A stretch of 64,000 nucleotides of DNA from positions 17,406 through 81,405 of the forward strand of contig NZ_JATAAF010000012.1 in NCBI RefSeq assembly GCF_030341905.1, read 5' to 3'. Below the pieces are notes generated by a model that was given only the letters and a program-made list of their open reading frames with translations, did not search any database and was not told the DNA's origin. Within the stretch, counting starts at the first letter, position 1. Every line of letters starts with the position of its first letter. Made by a program: the position numbers and the translations under genes. This stretch comes from Porticoccus sp. W117 (lineage in GTDB: Bacteria; Pseudomonadota; Gammaproteobacteria; Pseudomonadales; Porticoccaceae). Below are positions 1 through 10,184 of the stretch, one piece after another.

Positions 1-1177
1 CACTGACAACATTATCCACTTGGTGCTGGCGCGCACCCCGGATGCACCGGAAGGGGTGAAAGGCATTTCCCTGTTTATCGTGCCGAAAAACCTCCACGAT
101 GAAAATGGCGCTACTACAGCAGCCAATGACCTCTATCCGGTTTCGGTGGAACACAAAATGGGCATCCATGCCAGCCCAACCTGTGTACTGAGTTACGGTG
201 ATGAAGGCGGCGCAGTGGGTTACTTGGTGGGCGAAGAGAATCAAGGCCTCAAGTATATGTTCGCGATGATGAACCACGCCCGAATGTCGGTGGGTTTGCA
301 GGGGGTGTCACTGGGTGAGCGCGCCTACCAGCAGGCTCGCGATTACGCTCGCGACCGCGTTCAAGGCGAGATGATCGGTGTGGATGGCCGAGTGCCCATT
401 ATCAAACACCCGGATGTGCGCCGTATGCTGATGCTGATGCGCAGCCAGATCGAAGCAGGTCGTGTGTTGGCCTATGAGGCGGCGGCCCATGTGGATAAAT
501 CCCTACATAATCCGGATGAAAAACAGGCGGCTTTCCATCAGCGTCGCGTAGACCTGTTGACGCCATTGGTGAAAGGCTGGTGTACGGAAATGGCTCAGGA
601 AGTCACTTATCTGGGTGTGCAGATTCACGGCGGCATGGGTTTTGTGGAAGAAACCGGCGCTGCACAACACCAGCGCGATGCTCGTATTCTGCCTATTTAT
701 GAAGGTACCAACGGCATTCAGGCGTTGGATTTAATTGGCCGCAAACTGCTGAAGGATCAAGGTAAATCTTTGCAAGAGTTGGCTGCAGAATTCCAGAAAA
801 CCCTTGCCCAAGTAGAGGCTGCCGGCAAACCCCTGCGGGAAATTCACAAAGGCCTTGGGCAGGCGTTGTATGCCAGTGACAAAGCCATTCGCCATATTTT
901 CACCAACGTGATGGCGGACTGGAGTTTCCCTGGCGCGGTGTCCTTTAACCTGCTGATGCTGTTGGGTACTACGGCAGCGGGTTCACTGCTGGCGCAATCC
1001 GCCTTGGCAGCGCAGGCGAAACTGGACGCCGGTGACGGCGATGCCCAGTTCTACAAGAACAAATTGATTACAGCACGCTTCTTTGCTGAACAAGTATTGC
1101 CCCGTACTCTGGGCTATATGCAGGCGATTATTTCTGGTCACGAAGCCACGATGGAGTTGGCTGAAGATCAGTTTTAG
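1..1177 (+). CDS. acyl-CoA dehydrogenase family protein, C-terminal part (5' end lies outside the window)
   Basis: ORF 20..1177 runs in frame from the window edge. It has ACAD C-terminal helical-domain motifs (IYEGTNGIQALDLIGRKL) and the C-terminal extension typical of long ACADs. Confidence 0.8.
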   Translation, partial: TDNIIHLVLARTPDAPEGVKGISLFIVPKNLHDENGATTAANDLYPVSVEHKMGIHASPTCVLSYGDEGGAVGYLVGEENQGLKYMFAMMNHARMSVGLQGVSLGERAYQQARDYARDRVQGEMIGVDGRVPIIKHPDVRRMLMLMRSQIEAGRVLAYEAAAHVDKSLHNPDEKQAAFHQRRVDLLTPLVKGWCTEMAQEVTYLGVQIHGGMGFVEETGAAQHQRDARILPIYEGTNGIQALDLIGRKLLKDQGKSLQELAAEFQKTLAQVEAAGKPLREIHKGLGQALYASDKAIRHIFTNVMADWSFPGAVSFNLLMLLGTTAAGSLLAQSALAAQAKLDAGDGDAQFYKNKLITARFFAEQVLPRTLGYMQAIISGHEATMELAEDQF

Positions 1178-1225
1178 TTCGGCTGCGAGCGGCGGGCTTC
1201 GGGCAGCGAGCAGATTGGTGGTATC

Positions 1226-1302
1226 CCGTCATTCTGAGCGTAGCGAAGAATCTCACATCTATCCGCTTGTAAAGAGATCCTTCGCTGCGCTCAGGATGAC
1301 AA
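1226..1302. repeat. REP-like palindromic element, family C copy 1 (gtcattctgagcg...cgctcaggatgac)
   Basis: Imperfect inverted repeat. A second copy lies at 38146..38208. The small ORFs 1083..1352 fall inside it. Confidence 0.7.
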
Positions 1303-1323
1303 TTTCGCTCAGTCTGCTCGTAG

Positions 1324-2193
1324 CTAGCAGCCCGTAGCCCGAAGCATCTCAATTAACGCCCTGGCCGCATTGGACAGGGTTTTTTCTTTGTGGTGGATAT
1401 ACCCTAACTGCCGTTCCAATTTCAGGTCGTTTGCGGGCAGGGCGGTCACCGTGTTGTCGAGCATGCTCAGCGGCAACAGACTCCAACCCATGCCAATAGC
1501 CACCATACCCTTGATGGTTTCCAAATAGTTGGTGGTCATGGTGGTATTGAGCTTTAAATGCTGCGCCGCAAACAGCTCTGTAACAATTTGACTGGTGTGG
1601 GTGTTGAGCTCCGGCAAAATGGCCGGGTAGTTTTGCAGCTGCTCTACTGCAAATGGCGTTTCCGTCAGAGGGTGATCTGGCGCCACCACAAACGCCAGCT
1701 CATCTGGCCAGATACTCTGGGCGATGACTTTTGGGTGAGGCTTGGGTGACAGAGTAATAATTGCCAACTCAAAATGGCCATGAAGGATATTGTCGTAGGC
1801 GCTCTCGGAATCCATAAACGCCATATCGATAGACACATCCGGGAATTCCCGGGTAAAACGCTTCAATACTTTTGGTAATCGTCGCAGGCCAATATGATGG
1901 CTGATAGCCAGACGCAATGTGCCGCTTACCGAACCACTAAGATCGGCAATGGCTTGGCGAGTGGCTTGCAGTTCTCCAAGAATACTCCGTGCTCTGGGCA
2001 GCAATTCACGGCCACTGCTGGTTAAGCTCACCGTGCGGGCGATGCGGTCAAACAGGCGGCAATCCAGCTGTTGTTCCAGCAAGGCAATACGCTTGCTGAC
2101 CGCGGATTGAGTCAGGTGCAAGCGATCCGCCGCCACAGAAAAAGATTCCGCTTCTGCCACCACAACAAAGGCCTCTAACAGCGACGTATCCAT
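1324..2193 (-). CDS. LysR-family transcriptional regulator, divergent from leuC
   Basis: N-terminal HTH (FSVAADRLHLTQSAVSKRIALLEQQL) and a LysR substrate-binding domain. 289 aa. Confidence 0.9.
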   Translation of the reverse strand: MDTSLLEAFVVVAEAESFSVAADRLHLTQSAVSKRIALLEQQLDCRLFDRIARTVSLTSSGRELLPRARSILGELQATRQAIADLSGSVSGTLRLAISHHIGLRRLPKVLKRFTREFPDVSIDMAFMDSESAYDNILHGHFELAIITLSPKPHPKVIAQSIWPDELAFVVAPDHPLTETPFAVEQLQNYPAILPELNTHTSQIVTELFAAQHLKLNTTMTTNYLETIKGMVAIGMGWSLLPLSMLDNTVTALPANDLKLERQLGYIHHKEKTLSNAARALIEMLRATGC

Positions 2194-2221
2194 CTCTCAT
2201 CTCCCGTCTTTCGTCTCACAC

Positions 2222-2246
2222 ATTGAATTCCTTTTGGGAATCCAAT
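2222..2246. promoter_or_regulatory. candidate LysR-type binding site (imperfect palindrome ATTGAATTCC-N5-GGAATCCAAT, T-N11-A type) in the lysR/leuC divergent intergenic region
   Basis: Dyad symmetry read directly. Its position between divergent genes is typical for LTTR autoregulation. Confidence 0.35.
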
Positions 2247-2347
2247 GTATTAAAAAGATGAATTTATTTTATTGCAAGAGCAGATTAGAATGCCGGTCAC
2301 TTATCCCTCGCGAGCCACGCTCTATAACCCATTCAGGAGATTAGCCA

Positions 2348-3775
2348 ATGGCGGGTAAAACCCTTTACGACAAGTTGTGGGATGCACACTTGGTCAAGCA
2401 GCGCGACGACGGTACTGCGCTGATCTATATCGATCGGCAATTGCTGCACGAAGTCACCTCGCCCCAAGCCTTTGAAGGCTTGCGTTTAGCGAATCGCCAG
2501 CCTTGGCGAGTAGACGCCAATCTGGCCACCCCGGACCACAATGTACCCACCACCAGTGCCGAGCGCCTGGCGGGTGTGGATGGCATTGAAGACGAAACTT
2601 CTCGGATTCAGGTAAAAACTCTGGACGAAAACTGCGACGAATTCGGTATTGTTGAGCACGGCATCAATGACCCTGGCCAGGGCATTGTTCACGTAGTGGG
2701 CCCGGAGCAGGGCGCTACCTTGCCGGGAATGACCGTAGTTTGTGGCGATTCTCATACCTCCACCCATGGTGCTTTGGGTGCCCTGGCTCACGGTATTGGT
2801 ACTTCTGAAGTGGAGCACGTACTGGCGACCCAGTGCCTGATTCAGCGCAAAATGAAAAATATGCTGGTGCGTGTGGACGGCACACTGGGCGCAGGTGTTA
2901 CGCCCAAAGATGTGGTGCTGGCCATTATTGGCAAAATTGGCACTGCGGGTGGTAACGGTTGCGCTATCGAATTCGGTGGCCAGGTGTTCCGAGATATGTC
3001 GATGGAAGGGCGCCTGACAGTGTGCAATATGTCCATTGAGGCGGGTGCTCGCGCCGGTATGGTGGCTGTGGACGATACCACCATCGAATATGTCAAAGGC
3101 CGCGAGTACGCTCCCAAAGGAGACGATTGGGGCAAGGCAGTGGCCTATTGGAACACTTTACATAGCGATGCGGACGCCGAGTTCGATATTGTGGTGGAGC
3201 TGGACGGTACTGACATCAAGCCTCAGGTGTCCTGGGGTACCTCGCCAGAGATGGTATTGCCAGTGGACGCCACCGTACCTAACCCTGCAGACGAAAGCGA
3301 CCCGGTGAAAAGCAATGGCATCAGCCGCGCCCTGGAGTACATGGGCCTGGAAGCGGGGCAGGATATCAGCAGTATCCCGGTAGATCGGGTGTTTATCGGT
3401 TCTTGCACTAACTCTCGCTTGGAAGATCTGCGGGAAGCTGCGGCGGTGGCCAAAGGGCGTAAAGTAGCGGATTCCGTTAAACAAGTGCTGATTGTGCCTG
3501 GCTCACAAGCGGTGAAAGCCAAAGCAGAGGCAGAGGGGCTGGATAAAGTCTTTACCGATGCCGGTATGGAGTGGCGCGAACCCGGTTGCTCCATGTGCCT
3601 GGCCATGAATGCGGACAAGCTGGGTAACGGTGAGCATTGCGCTTCCACCAGTAACCGTAACTTTGAGGGCCGTCAGGGCTTTGGCGGTCGAACTCATCTG
3701 GTGAGTCCCGCTATGGCGGCGGCCGCGGCTATTGCCGGCCACTTCACCGATGTTCGCCAGATGATGGAGGCGTAA
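2348..3775 (+). CDS. leuC: 3-isopropylmalate dehydratase large subunit
   Basis: [17 protein letters not shown]-terminus and aconitase-family Cys motifs ([15 protein letters not shown]). 475 aa. Confidence 0.97.
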   Translation: MAGKTLYDKLWDAHLVKQRDDGTALIYIDRQLLHEVTSPQAFEGLRLANRQPWRVDANLATPDHNVPTTSAERLAGVDGIEDETSRIQVKTLDENCDEFGIVEHGINDPGQGIVHVVGPEQGATLPGMTVVCGDSHTSTHGALGALAHGIGTSEVEHVLATQCLIQRKMKNMLVRVDGTLGAGVTPKDVVLAIIGKIGTAGGNGCAIEFGGQVFRDMSMEGRLTVCNMSIEAGARAGMVAVDDTTIEYVKGREYAPKGDDWGKAVAYWNTLHSDADAEFDIVVELDGTDIKPQVSWGTSPEMVLPVDATVPNPADESDPVKSNGISRALEYMGLEAGQDISSIPVDRVFIGSCTNSRLEDLREAAAVAKGRKVADSVKQVLIVPGSQAVKAKAEAEGLDKVFTDAGMEWREPGCSMCLAMNADKLGNGEHCASTSNRNFEGRQGFGGRTHLVSPAMAAAAAIAGHFTDVRQMMEA

Positions 3776-3777
3776 CC

Positions 3778-4425
3778 ATGGAAAAATTCACCGTTCTGCA
3801 AGGTATCGCTGCGCCCATGGATCGCGCCAATGTGGATACCGATATGATTATCCCCAAGCAGTTCCTCAAATCCATTAAGCGCACCGGCTTTGGTGTGAAT
3901 TTGTTTGATGAATTGCGTTATCTGGACGAAGGCTATCCGGGGCAGGATTGCAGTGTGCGCCCGATCAACGAAGATTTTGCCTTGAATAAGCCCCGCTATA
4001 ATGGCGCTTCCATTCTGCTGGCGCGGGAAAACTTTGGTTGCGGTTCCAGCCGCGAACACGCCCCCTGGGCACTGGTGGATTACGGTTTTCGCGCCATTCT
4101 TGCTCCCAGTTATGCGGATATTTTCTTTAATAACAGCTTTAAGAATGGCCTCTTACCCATTGTTTTAGAAGAAAATATAGTTGACGATTTATTTAAATCG
4201 ACGGAAGCCAACGACGGCTATCAGTTGACCATTGATCTGGACGCCCAGCTGATCAAGCGCCCGGACGGTGACGACATTCCCTTCGACGTAGACCCGTTCC
4301 GCAAACACTGTTTACTCAATGGCCTGGACGATATCGGTTTGACCTTGCAAGACGCAGACGCCATTCGTGAGTTTGAAGGTGGTTGGAAACAGCAATGCCC
4401 TTGGTTGTTTGGGGCGATTAAGTAA
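3778..4425 (+). CDS. leuD: 3-isopropylmalate dehydratase small subunit
   Basis: 215 aa, immediately after leuC (3-bp gap). LeuD-like sequence. Confidence 0.96.
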   Translation: MEKFTVLQGIAAPMDRANVDTDMIIPKQFLKSIKRTGFGVNLFDELRYLDEGYPGQDCSVRPINEDFALNKPRYNGASILLARENFGCGSSREHAPWALVDYGFRAILAPSYADIFFNNSFKNGLLPIVLEENIVDDLFKSTEANDGYQLTIDLDAQLIKRPDGDDIPFDVDPFRKHCLLNGLDDIGLTLQDADAIREFEGGWKQQCPWLFGAIK

Positions 4426-4433
4426 AAAGACTT

Positions 4434-4604
4434 GGGTCGCACGTCGCATGCTTGACGTCGCACGCTAAAAACACATCTTCGATGTAGGTCGGGCTTTAGC
4501 CCGACAACATTGTTCACCTAAGACACCGAGGGTGTCGACCTGAAGGTCGACCTACAAAAGGTGCTTGGTTTTAGCGTGCGACATGCGACGTCTGACGTGC
4601 GACC
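4434..4604. repeat. REP-like composite palindromic element, family A copy 1 (gtcgcacgtcgcacgctaaaac ... tgtaggtcgggctttagcccg ... gttttagcgtgcgacg)
   Basis: About 170-bp composite inverted repeat. Copies also at 22380, 32546 and 36581. Confidence 0.85.
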
Positions 4605-4630
4605 AATAAAAGCGAAGTGAGAGATAAAAG

Positions 4631-5713
4631 ATGACGAAGAAGGTTCTTATTTTACCCGGCGACGGTATCGGCCCGGAAATTGTCACCGAAGCGGAGCGCG
4701 TTCTGCGTGCTGCGGATGAAAAATTTAACCTGGGACTGGAGATTGATCACGGCCTGTTGGGTGGTTCAGCCATTGATCAACACGGTGCACCTTACCCGGA
4801 AGAAACCTCCGCCAAGGCTAAAGCGGCAGACGCCATTTTGCTGGGCGCTGTGGGTGGCCCCAAGTGGGACAATATCGAGCGCAGCATTCGCCCGGAGCGT
4901 GGCCTGCTGGGTATTCGCTCTGAGTTGGAGCTGTTTGGCAACCTGCGCCCTGCGATTCTCTATCCGCAGCTGGCGGATGCGTCTTCCCTGAAGCCAGAGG
5001 TGGTATCCGGTCTAGATATTCTGATTGTGCGTGAGCTGACCGGTGGCATTTACTTTGGCACTCCGCGGGGTATTCGCGAGCTGGAGAACGGCGAGCGCGA
5101 AGGCTACAACACTTACAAATACAGCGAGTCGGAGATTCGCCGCATTGGCGTGGTGGCCTTTGAATCCGCTCGCAAGCGCAATGGCCGGGTTTGCTCCGTA
5201 GACAAAGCCAATGTGCTGGAAGCCACTATTCTGTGGCGCGAAATTATGGAAGAAGTGGCCAAAGACTACCCGGACGTGGAATTGAGCCATATGTACGTGG
5301 ACAACGCCGCCATGCAGCTGGTGCGCGCGCCCAAGCAGTTCGATGTGATGGTGACCGGCAATATGTTTGGCGATATTCTGTCTGATGCCGCTGCGATGCT
5401 TACGGGTTCTATTGGTATGCTGCCTTCGGCCTCTCTGGATGCCAGCGGCAAGGGCATGTACGAACCCTGTCACGGCTCTGCCCCGGATATTGCCGGGCAG
5501 GGCATTGCCAACCCGCTGGCGACCATTCTTTCTGCTGCCATGATGTTGCGTTACTCGCTGGATATGAGTGCGGCGGCGGATGCCATTGAAAGTGCGGTTG
5601 ACACCGTGCTGGATAAAGGTCTGCGCACCGCCGATATTTACACCGATGGCGATGTCAAAGTCTCCACCAGTGAAATGGGTGCCGCAGTTGTTGAGGCGTT
5701 GGCTGCCCAGTAA
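4631..5713 (+). CDS. leuB: 3-isopropylmalate dehydrogenase
   Basis: 360 aa. Isocitrate/isopropylmalate dehydrogenase motifs ([23 protein letters not shown]). Confidence 0.97.
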   Translation: MTKKVLILPGDGIGPEIVTEAERVLRAADEKFNLGLEIDHGLLGGSAIDQHGAPYPEETSAKAKAADAILLGAVGGPKWDNIERSIRPERGLLGIRSELELFGNLRPAILYPQLADASSLKPEVVSGLDILIVRELTGGIYFGTPRGIRELENGEREGYNTYKYSESEIRRIGVVAFESARKRNGRVCSVDKANVLEATILWREIMEEVAKDYPDVELSHMYVDNAAMQLVRAPKQFDVMVTGNMFGDILSDAAAMLTGSIGMLPSASLDASGKGMYEPCHGSAPDIAGQGIANPLATILSAAMMLRYSLDMSAAADAIESAVDTVLDKGLRTADIYTDGDVKVSTSEMGAAVVEALAAQ

Positions 5714-5739
5714 CGCTTGCTAGAGTAAGGTCGAATAGT

Positions 5740-5777
5740 GGCAGGGGGTGCGTTACACTTCCTGCCCTGTTTTTTTA
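5740..5777 (+). terminator. intrinsic terminator after leuB
   Basis: Hairpin ggcagg...cctgcc followed by a T7 run. Confidence 0.6.
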
Positions 5778-5821
5778 GGCGGTCAACAGATCGCCATTGA
5801 GATGTAATAAAGAGAAGTGCG

Positions 5822-6925
5822 ATGAAACGAGTAGGTCTAGTAGGTTGGCGCGGCATGGTGGGCTCCGTATTGATGGAACGCATGCGTGCCGAGAACGATT
5901 TTGCCGATATCGAACCGGTATTTTTTACCACCTCCCAGGTAGGGCAGGAAGGCCCGGCAGAGGCGACTGAAACCCTCAAGGACGCTACCGACATTAGCGA
6001 ACTCAGCGCTATGGATATTATCGTTACCTGTCAGGGTGGCGATTACACCAAGGCGGTGTACCCGCAACTGCGTGAATCCGGCTGGAACGGCTACTGGATT
6101 GACGCTGCCTCGGCACTGCGTATGGACGACAGCGCCTTGATCGTACTGGATCCGGTGAATCTGGACGTGATCAAGAACGGCATCGCGGGCGGTGTGAAAA
6201 ACTTTATTGGCGGTAACTGCACCGTCAGCCTGATGCTGATGGCCATGGGCGGTCTGTTCAGAAATGGCGTGGTGGATTGGGTCAGTGCCATGACGTACCA
6301 GGCGGCTTCCGGGGCCGGTGCCCGCAATATGCGCGAGCTGATCAGCCAGATGGGTGTGCTGCGCGATAACGTCGCTGTGGAGCTGGATAATCCGGCGTCT
6401 GCCATTTTGGATATCGATCGCAAGGTGGCCAATACCATGCGCAGCGACAGTTTCCCCACCGACAATTTTGGCGCGCCACTGGCCGGTAGTCTGCTGCCCT
6501 GGATTGATGTAGAGCTGGAAAGCGGTCAATCCAAAGAAGAGTGGAAAGCCCAGGTGGAGACCAACAAAATTCTGCAAGGTCACAAAACTATTCCGGTGGA
6601 CGGGGTTTGTGTCCGCATTGGCGCCATGCGCTGCCACAGCCAGGCGCTGACGGTAAAACTCAACCGCGATGTGCCCATGGACGAAGTGGAATCGATGCTG
6701 GCCGAGGCCAATGACTGGGTGCAGGTAGTGCCCAATCACCGCGATGATACCCTGCGCGACCTCACCCCAACGGCGGTCACTGGCCACTTGCATATCCCGG
6801 TTGGGCGTTTGCGCAAAATGCATATGGGTGGTGAATACTTGTCGGCCTTTACGGTGGGTGACCAGCTGCTGTGGGGTGCCGCCGAGCCGCTGCGCCGTAT
6901 GCTTCGCATCCTGTTGGAATCTTAA
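5822..6925 (+). CDS. asd: aspartate-semialdehyde dehydrogenase
   Basis: [22 protein letters not shown]-terminus. Active-site Cys in GGNCTVSLM. 367 aa. Confidence 0.95.
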   Translation: MKRVGLVGWRGMVGSVLMERMRAENDFADIEPVFFTTSQVGQEGPAEATETLKDATDISELSAMDIIVTCQGGDYTKAVYPQLRESGWNGYWIDAASALRMDDSALIVLDPVNLDVIKNGIAGGVKNFIGGNCTVSLMLMAMGGLFRNGVVDWVSAMTYQAASGAGARNMRELISQMGVLRDNVAVELDNPASAILDIDRKVANTMRSDSFPTDNFGAPLAGSLLPWIDVELESGQSKEEWKAQVETNKILQGHKTIPVDGVCVRIGAMRCHSQALTVKLNRDVPMDEVESMLAEANDWVQVVPNHRDDTLRDLTPTAVTGHLHIPVGRLRKMHMGGEYLSAFTVGDQLLWGAAEPLRRMLRILLES

Positions 6926-7957
6926 ATGGGCGAATTTACGAACTGCTACGACGTTGCCGTCGTCGGTGCTACTGGCGCTGTTGGCGAGGCAATTCTGGAG
7001 CTTCTGGCAGAGCGGGAATTTCCGATTGGTGAAATTTACGCGCTGGCCAGCGAACGCTCCGCTGGTGAAACTGTGTTGTTCAACAAACGCCCGGTGCTGG
7101 TGGAAAATCTGGCGGAATTTGACTTCTCCAAAGTGCAGATTGCGCTGTTCTCTGCCGGCGGTTCCGTGTCCGCGCAATACGCCCCTGTGGCGGCGGATGC
7201 CGGTTGTGTGGTGATCGATAACACGTCTGAATTTCGCTACGACGACGATGTGCCTCTGGTGGTGCCGGAGGTCAATCCCGATGCTCTGGGTGACTACAGC
7301 GCTCGTAATATCATTGCCAACCCCAATTGTTCCACCATTCAAATGTTGGTGGCGTTAAAGCCCATTCACGATGAGGTGGGCATTGAACGCATTAACGTGT
7401 GTACTTATCAGTCTGTCTCAGGCAGTGGTCGCAAAGGCGTCAATGAGCTGGCCGGGCAAACTGCCAAGCTGCTCAATGGGCTGCCTGCTGAAGAAGAAAT
7501 CTATCCAAAGCAAATTGCCTTCAATGTGCTGCCTCATATTGACGACTTCCAGGACAACGGCTACACCCGGGAAGAGATGAAGATGGTCTGGGAAACCCAG
7601 AAAATCTTTGCCGACAGCAGCATTCGGGTAAACCCCACTTGTGTGAGGGTGCCGGTGTTTTATGGCCACGCTGAGGCAGTGCACCTTGAAACCCGAGTGC
7701 CCATCAGTGAAGACGAAGTGCGTGCGCTGATGGTGGATGCCGCTGGTGTAGAGTTGCTGGATGAGCGCCAGTCCGGGGGCTATCCAACTCCGGTAGGAGA
7801 TGCTGCTGGCAAGGATGCGGTTTACGTGGGACGCATTCGCGAAGACATATCCCACGCCAATGGTATCAATCTGTGGATTGTGTCGGATAATGTCCGGAAA
7901 GGGGCCGCACTTAACAGTGTACAAATCGCGGAATTGCTGATAGAAACGTACCTGTAA
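6926..7957 (+). CDS. aspartate-semialdehyde dehydrogenase paralog (usg-like, second Asd-family protein)
   Basis: 343 aa. NAD-binding N-terminus (VAVVGATGAVG) and NPNCSTIQ active-site motif. Abuts asd with no gap, as in the Pseudomonas leuB-asd-asd2-fimV arrangement. Confidence 0.85.
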   Translation: MGEFTNCYDVAVVGATGAVGEAILELLAEREFPIGEIYALASERSAGETVLFNKRPVLVENLAEFDFSKVQIALFSAGGSVSAQYAPVAADAGCVVIDNTSEFRYDDDVPLVVPEVNPDALGDYSARNIIANPNCSTIQMLVALKPIHDEVGIERINVCTYQSVSGSGRKGVNELAGQTAKLLNGLPAEEEIYPKQIAFNVLPHIDDFQDNGYTREEMKMVWETQKIFADSSIRVNPTCVRVPVFYGHAEAVHLETRVPISEDEVRALMVDAAGVELLDERQSGGYPTPVGDAAGKDAVYVGRIREDISHANGINLWIVSDNVRKGAALNSVQIAELLIETYL

Positions 7958-8022
7958 AAATGCGCCCCACGCCCGCAATGGCCGGGGCGCCAACACAATA
8001 ATGTAGATAGGACTATCACATC

Positions 8023-10077
8023 ATGGCTTTCCCAAAGGTCAAAGCTCTCAGCGCTGCGTTGGCGCTTTTGGTTTCTCAAGCTGCATCGGCAGTGGGTTTA
8101 GGTGAGATCAAACTGAACTCCGCTCTCAATGAGCCGCTGAATGCGGAAATTGAACTGCTGAGTGTGGGGGATTTGGACGAATTGGAATTGTTCGTCAATC
8201 TCGCCAGCCGCAAGGACTTTGAACGTGCCGGTGTGCCTCGTGACTACTTTCTCAGTGGTTTGCGGTTTGAAGTTGACCTGTCCGGCTCGCGCCCCAAAGT
8301 CATTGTGAAATCCGAGAAGCCGGTGCGAGAGCCCTTCCTGGATTTTCTGGTGGAGATGCAGTGGCCCAGCGGTCGCCTGCTGCGCAACTACACCTTGCTG
8401 GTTGACCTGCCAGTCTACTCTGACGAAAAAGCCAAGCCCAAAGCGGTTGAGAGCAGTTCTTCCGGCAGCTCCAGTGCCAAGCCAGCCACTGCTCCCCGGC
8501 CGGCCCCAGCACCTCAGCCAGCGGCCAGTAGCAATCTGGAAGCCGGTGGCGATTACCAAGTGGCCCGTGGCGATACCTTGTGGGGCATCGCGAAACGCTC
8601 CCGTCCTCAAGGTGCCAGCATCCATCAGACCATGGTAGCCATTCACGAGTTAAACCCCCGTGCTTTTGTGCGTGGTGATATCAACCTGTTGAAAAGCGGT
8701 GAAATTCTGCGCCTGCCAGCGGGCTCACAAATCAACAGCAGCCACAGCGATGCAGTGGCAGACATCAGCCAGCAGACCCAAAGCGGTGCCCTGATCGATG
8801 CAGCAGACACACCGTCGCCGTCATCAAACGACCAACAGTCTTCCGATGGCCGCCTTAAACTGTCTGCGGCCACTGAGGATGCGGCCAGTGCGGAGGAAGA
8901 TTACTCAGTATCCGAATACGATGGCAGTGAGGCTGGTGGCGCTGGAAACAGCGAACGCCTTTCCAATGACTTGACCATCGCTCAGGAAGAACTGCTTCGC
9001 AAAGACCGGGAACTGGAAGAAGCCCGCGAGCGTATTGCGCTGCTTGAACAGCAGGTGGCCACCAACGACCGCATTGTAGAGATACAAAACAGCACTCTGG
9101 GAGAGGCGCAACAGGCGCAGGCCCAGAATCAACAAGCAGCGGCTGAAGCCGCACAACAAACACAAAAAACTGCCGAGGAAAGTGCAGAACAAGTACCCGC
9201 AGAGCCAGTGGCGGCAGAGTCTGAGCAGGGATTTTTGGCGCAGTACAAATACTACCTGATGGCGGGAATCGGCCTGTTGCTTGCCCTGTTGGTGGCTCTG
9301 GGTTTGCGTCGCAAAAAAGACGATGACGCCGATGAGTTTACCTTTGACGAGGCTCCGGAGCCGACCTTCGAGGAGCCGGAACCCGCTGCCGCCATTGCTG
9401 AGCTGAATGAAACCGAACCGGAAGAACAGGAGCCCGAACCTGCCGCGCTGGTATCTGAGCCGGAACCAGAGGAGGAGCCTCAGGAAGAGGTTGTCGATTT
9501 GTCTGATGAAGATCAGCTGTTCGACTTTGAAGAAGAGGATGAATCTCTGGAAGAGGATGAGCCGTCCGATAAAGAACAGGATGAAGAGTTGGACGAAATA
9601 CTCACCCGCTTTGATGAAGCGGATGAGGAAGCTGAACAAGACGCTGATGACGATCTGGACTTTGACGTTGAGCTGGATCTGGACGATGAGCCTCAGGACG
9701 AAGATGGCGAGACAGATGACAGTAGCGAAGAAGATTCTGCCGAAGATGAGCCTGAAGCTGTTGAGGAAGAAGCCGCAGATTCAGAAGACGCCGATGAGGC
9801 CGATGCTCAACAAGACGATGAGCCCGAGGAAGAGGTAGCAGAAGAGGCGACTGCCACGGAAGAAGAGAGTGAGCCTGAAGTGGTAGTGGAAGACGCCGAC
9901 GATGACTTCGATCTGGATATGGAAGGCGACGAAATCGGTACCAAGCTGGATTTGGCCAAAGCCTACAGCGATGTGGGTGATACCGATGGCGCTCGTGAAA
10001 TGCTCGAAGAAGTGATTGAAGAGGGCAGCGACGAGCAAAAAGCCGAGGCCAAAAAGCTGCTCGACGACTTGGAATAA
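8023..10077 (+). CDS. fimV: FimV-like peptidoglycan-binding protein (LysM domain, one TM segment, long acidic region, FimV C-terminal motif)
   Basis: Signal peptide, LysM (YQVARGDTLWGIAKR), TM helix (YYLMAGIGLLLALLVALGL). About 300 aa of D/E-rich low complexity. C-terminal LDLAKAYSDVGDTDGAREMLEEVI motif. Synteny with truA. Confidence 0.85.
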   Translation: MAFPKVKALSAALALLVSQAASAVGLGEIKLNSALNEPLNAEIELLSVGDLDELELFVNLASRKDFERAGVPRDYFLSGLRFEVDLSGSRPKVIVKSEKPVREPFLDFLVEMQWPSGRLLRNYTLLVDLPVYSDEKAKPKAVESSSSGSSSAKPATAPRPAPAPQPAASSNLEAGGDYQVARGDTLWGIAKRSRPQGASIHQTMVAIHELNPRAFVRGDINLLKSGEILRLPAGSQINSSHSDAVADISQQTQSGALIDAADTPSPSSNDQQSSDGRLKLSAATEDAASAEEDYSVSEYDGSEAGGAGNSERLSNDLTIAQEELLRKDRELEEARERIALLEQQVATNDRIVEIQNSTLGEAQQAQAQNQQAAAEAAQQTQKTAEESAEQVPAEPVAAESEQGFLAQYKYYLMAGIGLLLALLVALGLRRKKDDDADEFTFDEAPEPTFEEPEPAAAIAELNETEPEEQEPEPAALVSEPEPEEEPQEEVVDLSDEDQLFDFEEEDESLEEDEPSDKEQDEELDEILTRFDEADEEAEQDADDDLDFDVELDLDDEPQDEDGETDDSSEEDSAEDEPEAVEEEAADSEDADEADAQQDDEPEEEVAEEATATEEESEPEVVVEDADDDFDLDMEGDEIGTKLDLAKAYSDVGDTDGAREMLEEVIEEGSDEQKAEAKKLLDDLE

Positions 10078-10085
10078 TCCTGTGT

Positions 10086-10174
10086 CCGTCATCGCGAGCG
10101 CAGCGCGGCGATCCAGCGTCTTTGTTTTTAAATCACTAGATTGCCGCGTCGCCTGCAGCTCCTCGCAATGACGA
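10086..10174. repeat. REP-like palindromic element, family B copy 1 (cgtcatcgcgagcg...cgcaatgacg)
   Basis: Inverted repeat. Family B copies also at 34871, 35630 and 42790. Confidence 0.75.
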
Positions 10175-10184
10175 TGATTTCTAT

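Noticed and set aside
1083-1352. Short ORFs 1083..1337(+) and 1128..1352(-)
   Set aside because: They lie within REP family C copy 1. A second copy of the same repeat elsewhere argues against these being protein-coding.
5837-7342. 501-aa minus-strand ORF spanning asd and its paralog
   Set aside because: Antisense to two strongly supported genes. No motif. Typical long spurious ORF of GC-rich DNA.
8905-9639. 244-aa minus-strand and 143-aa plus-strand ORFs inside the fimV acidic region
   Set aside because: Translations of low-complexity GAA/GAG-rich DNA in other frames (poly-F/L/K artefacts).
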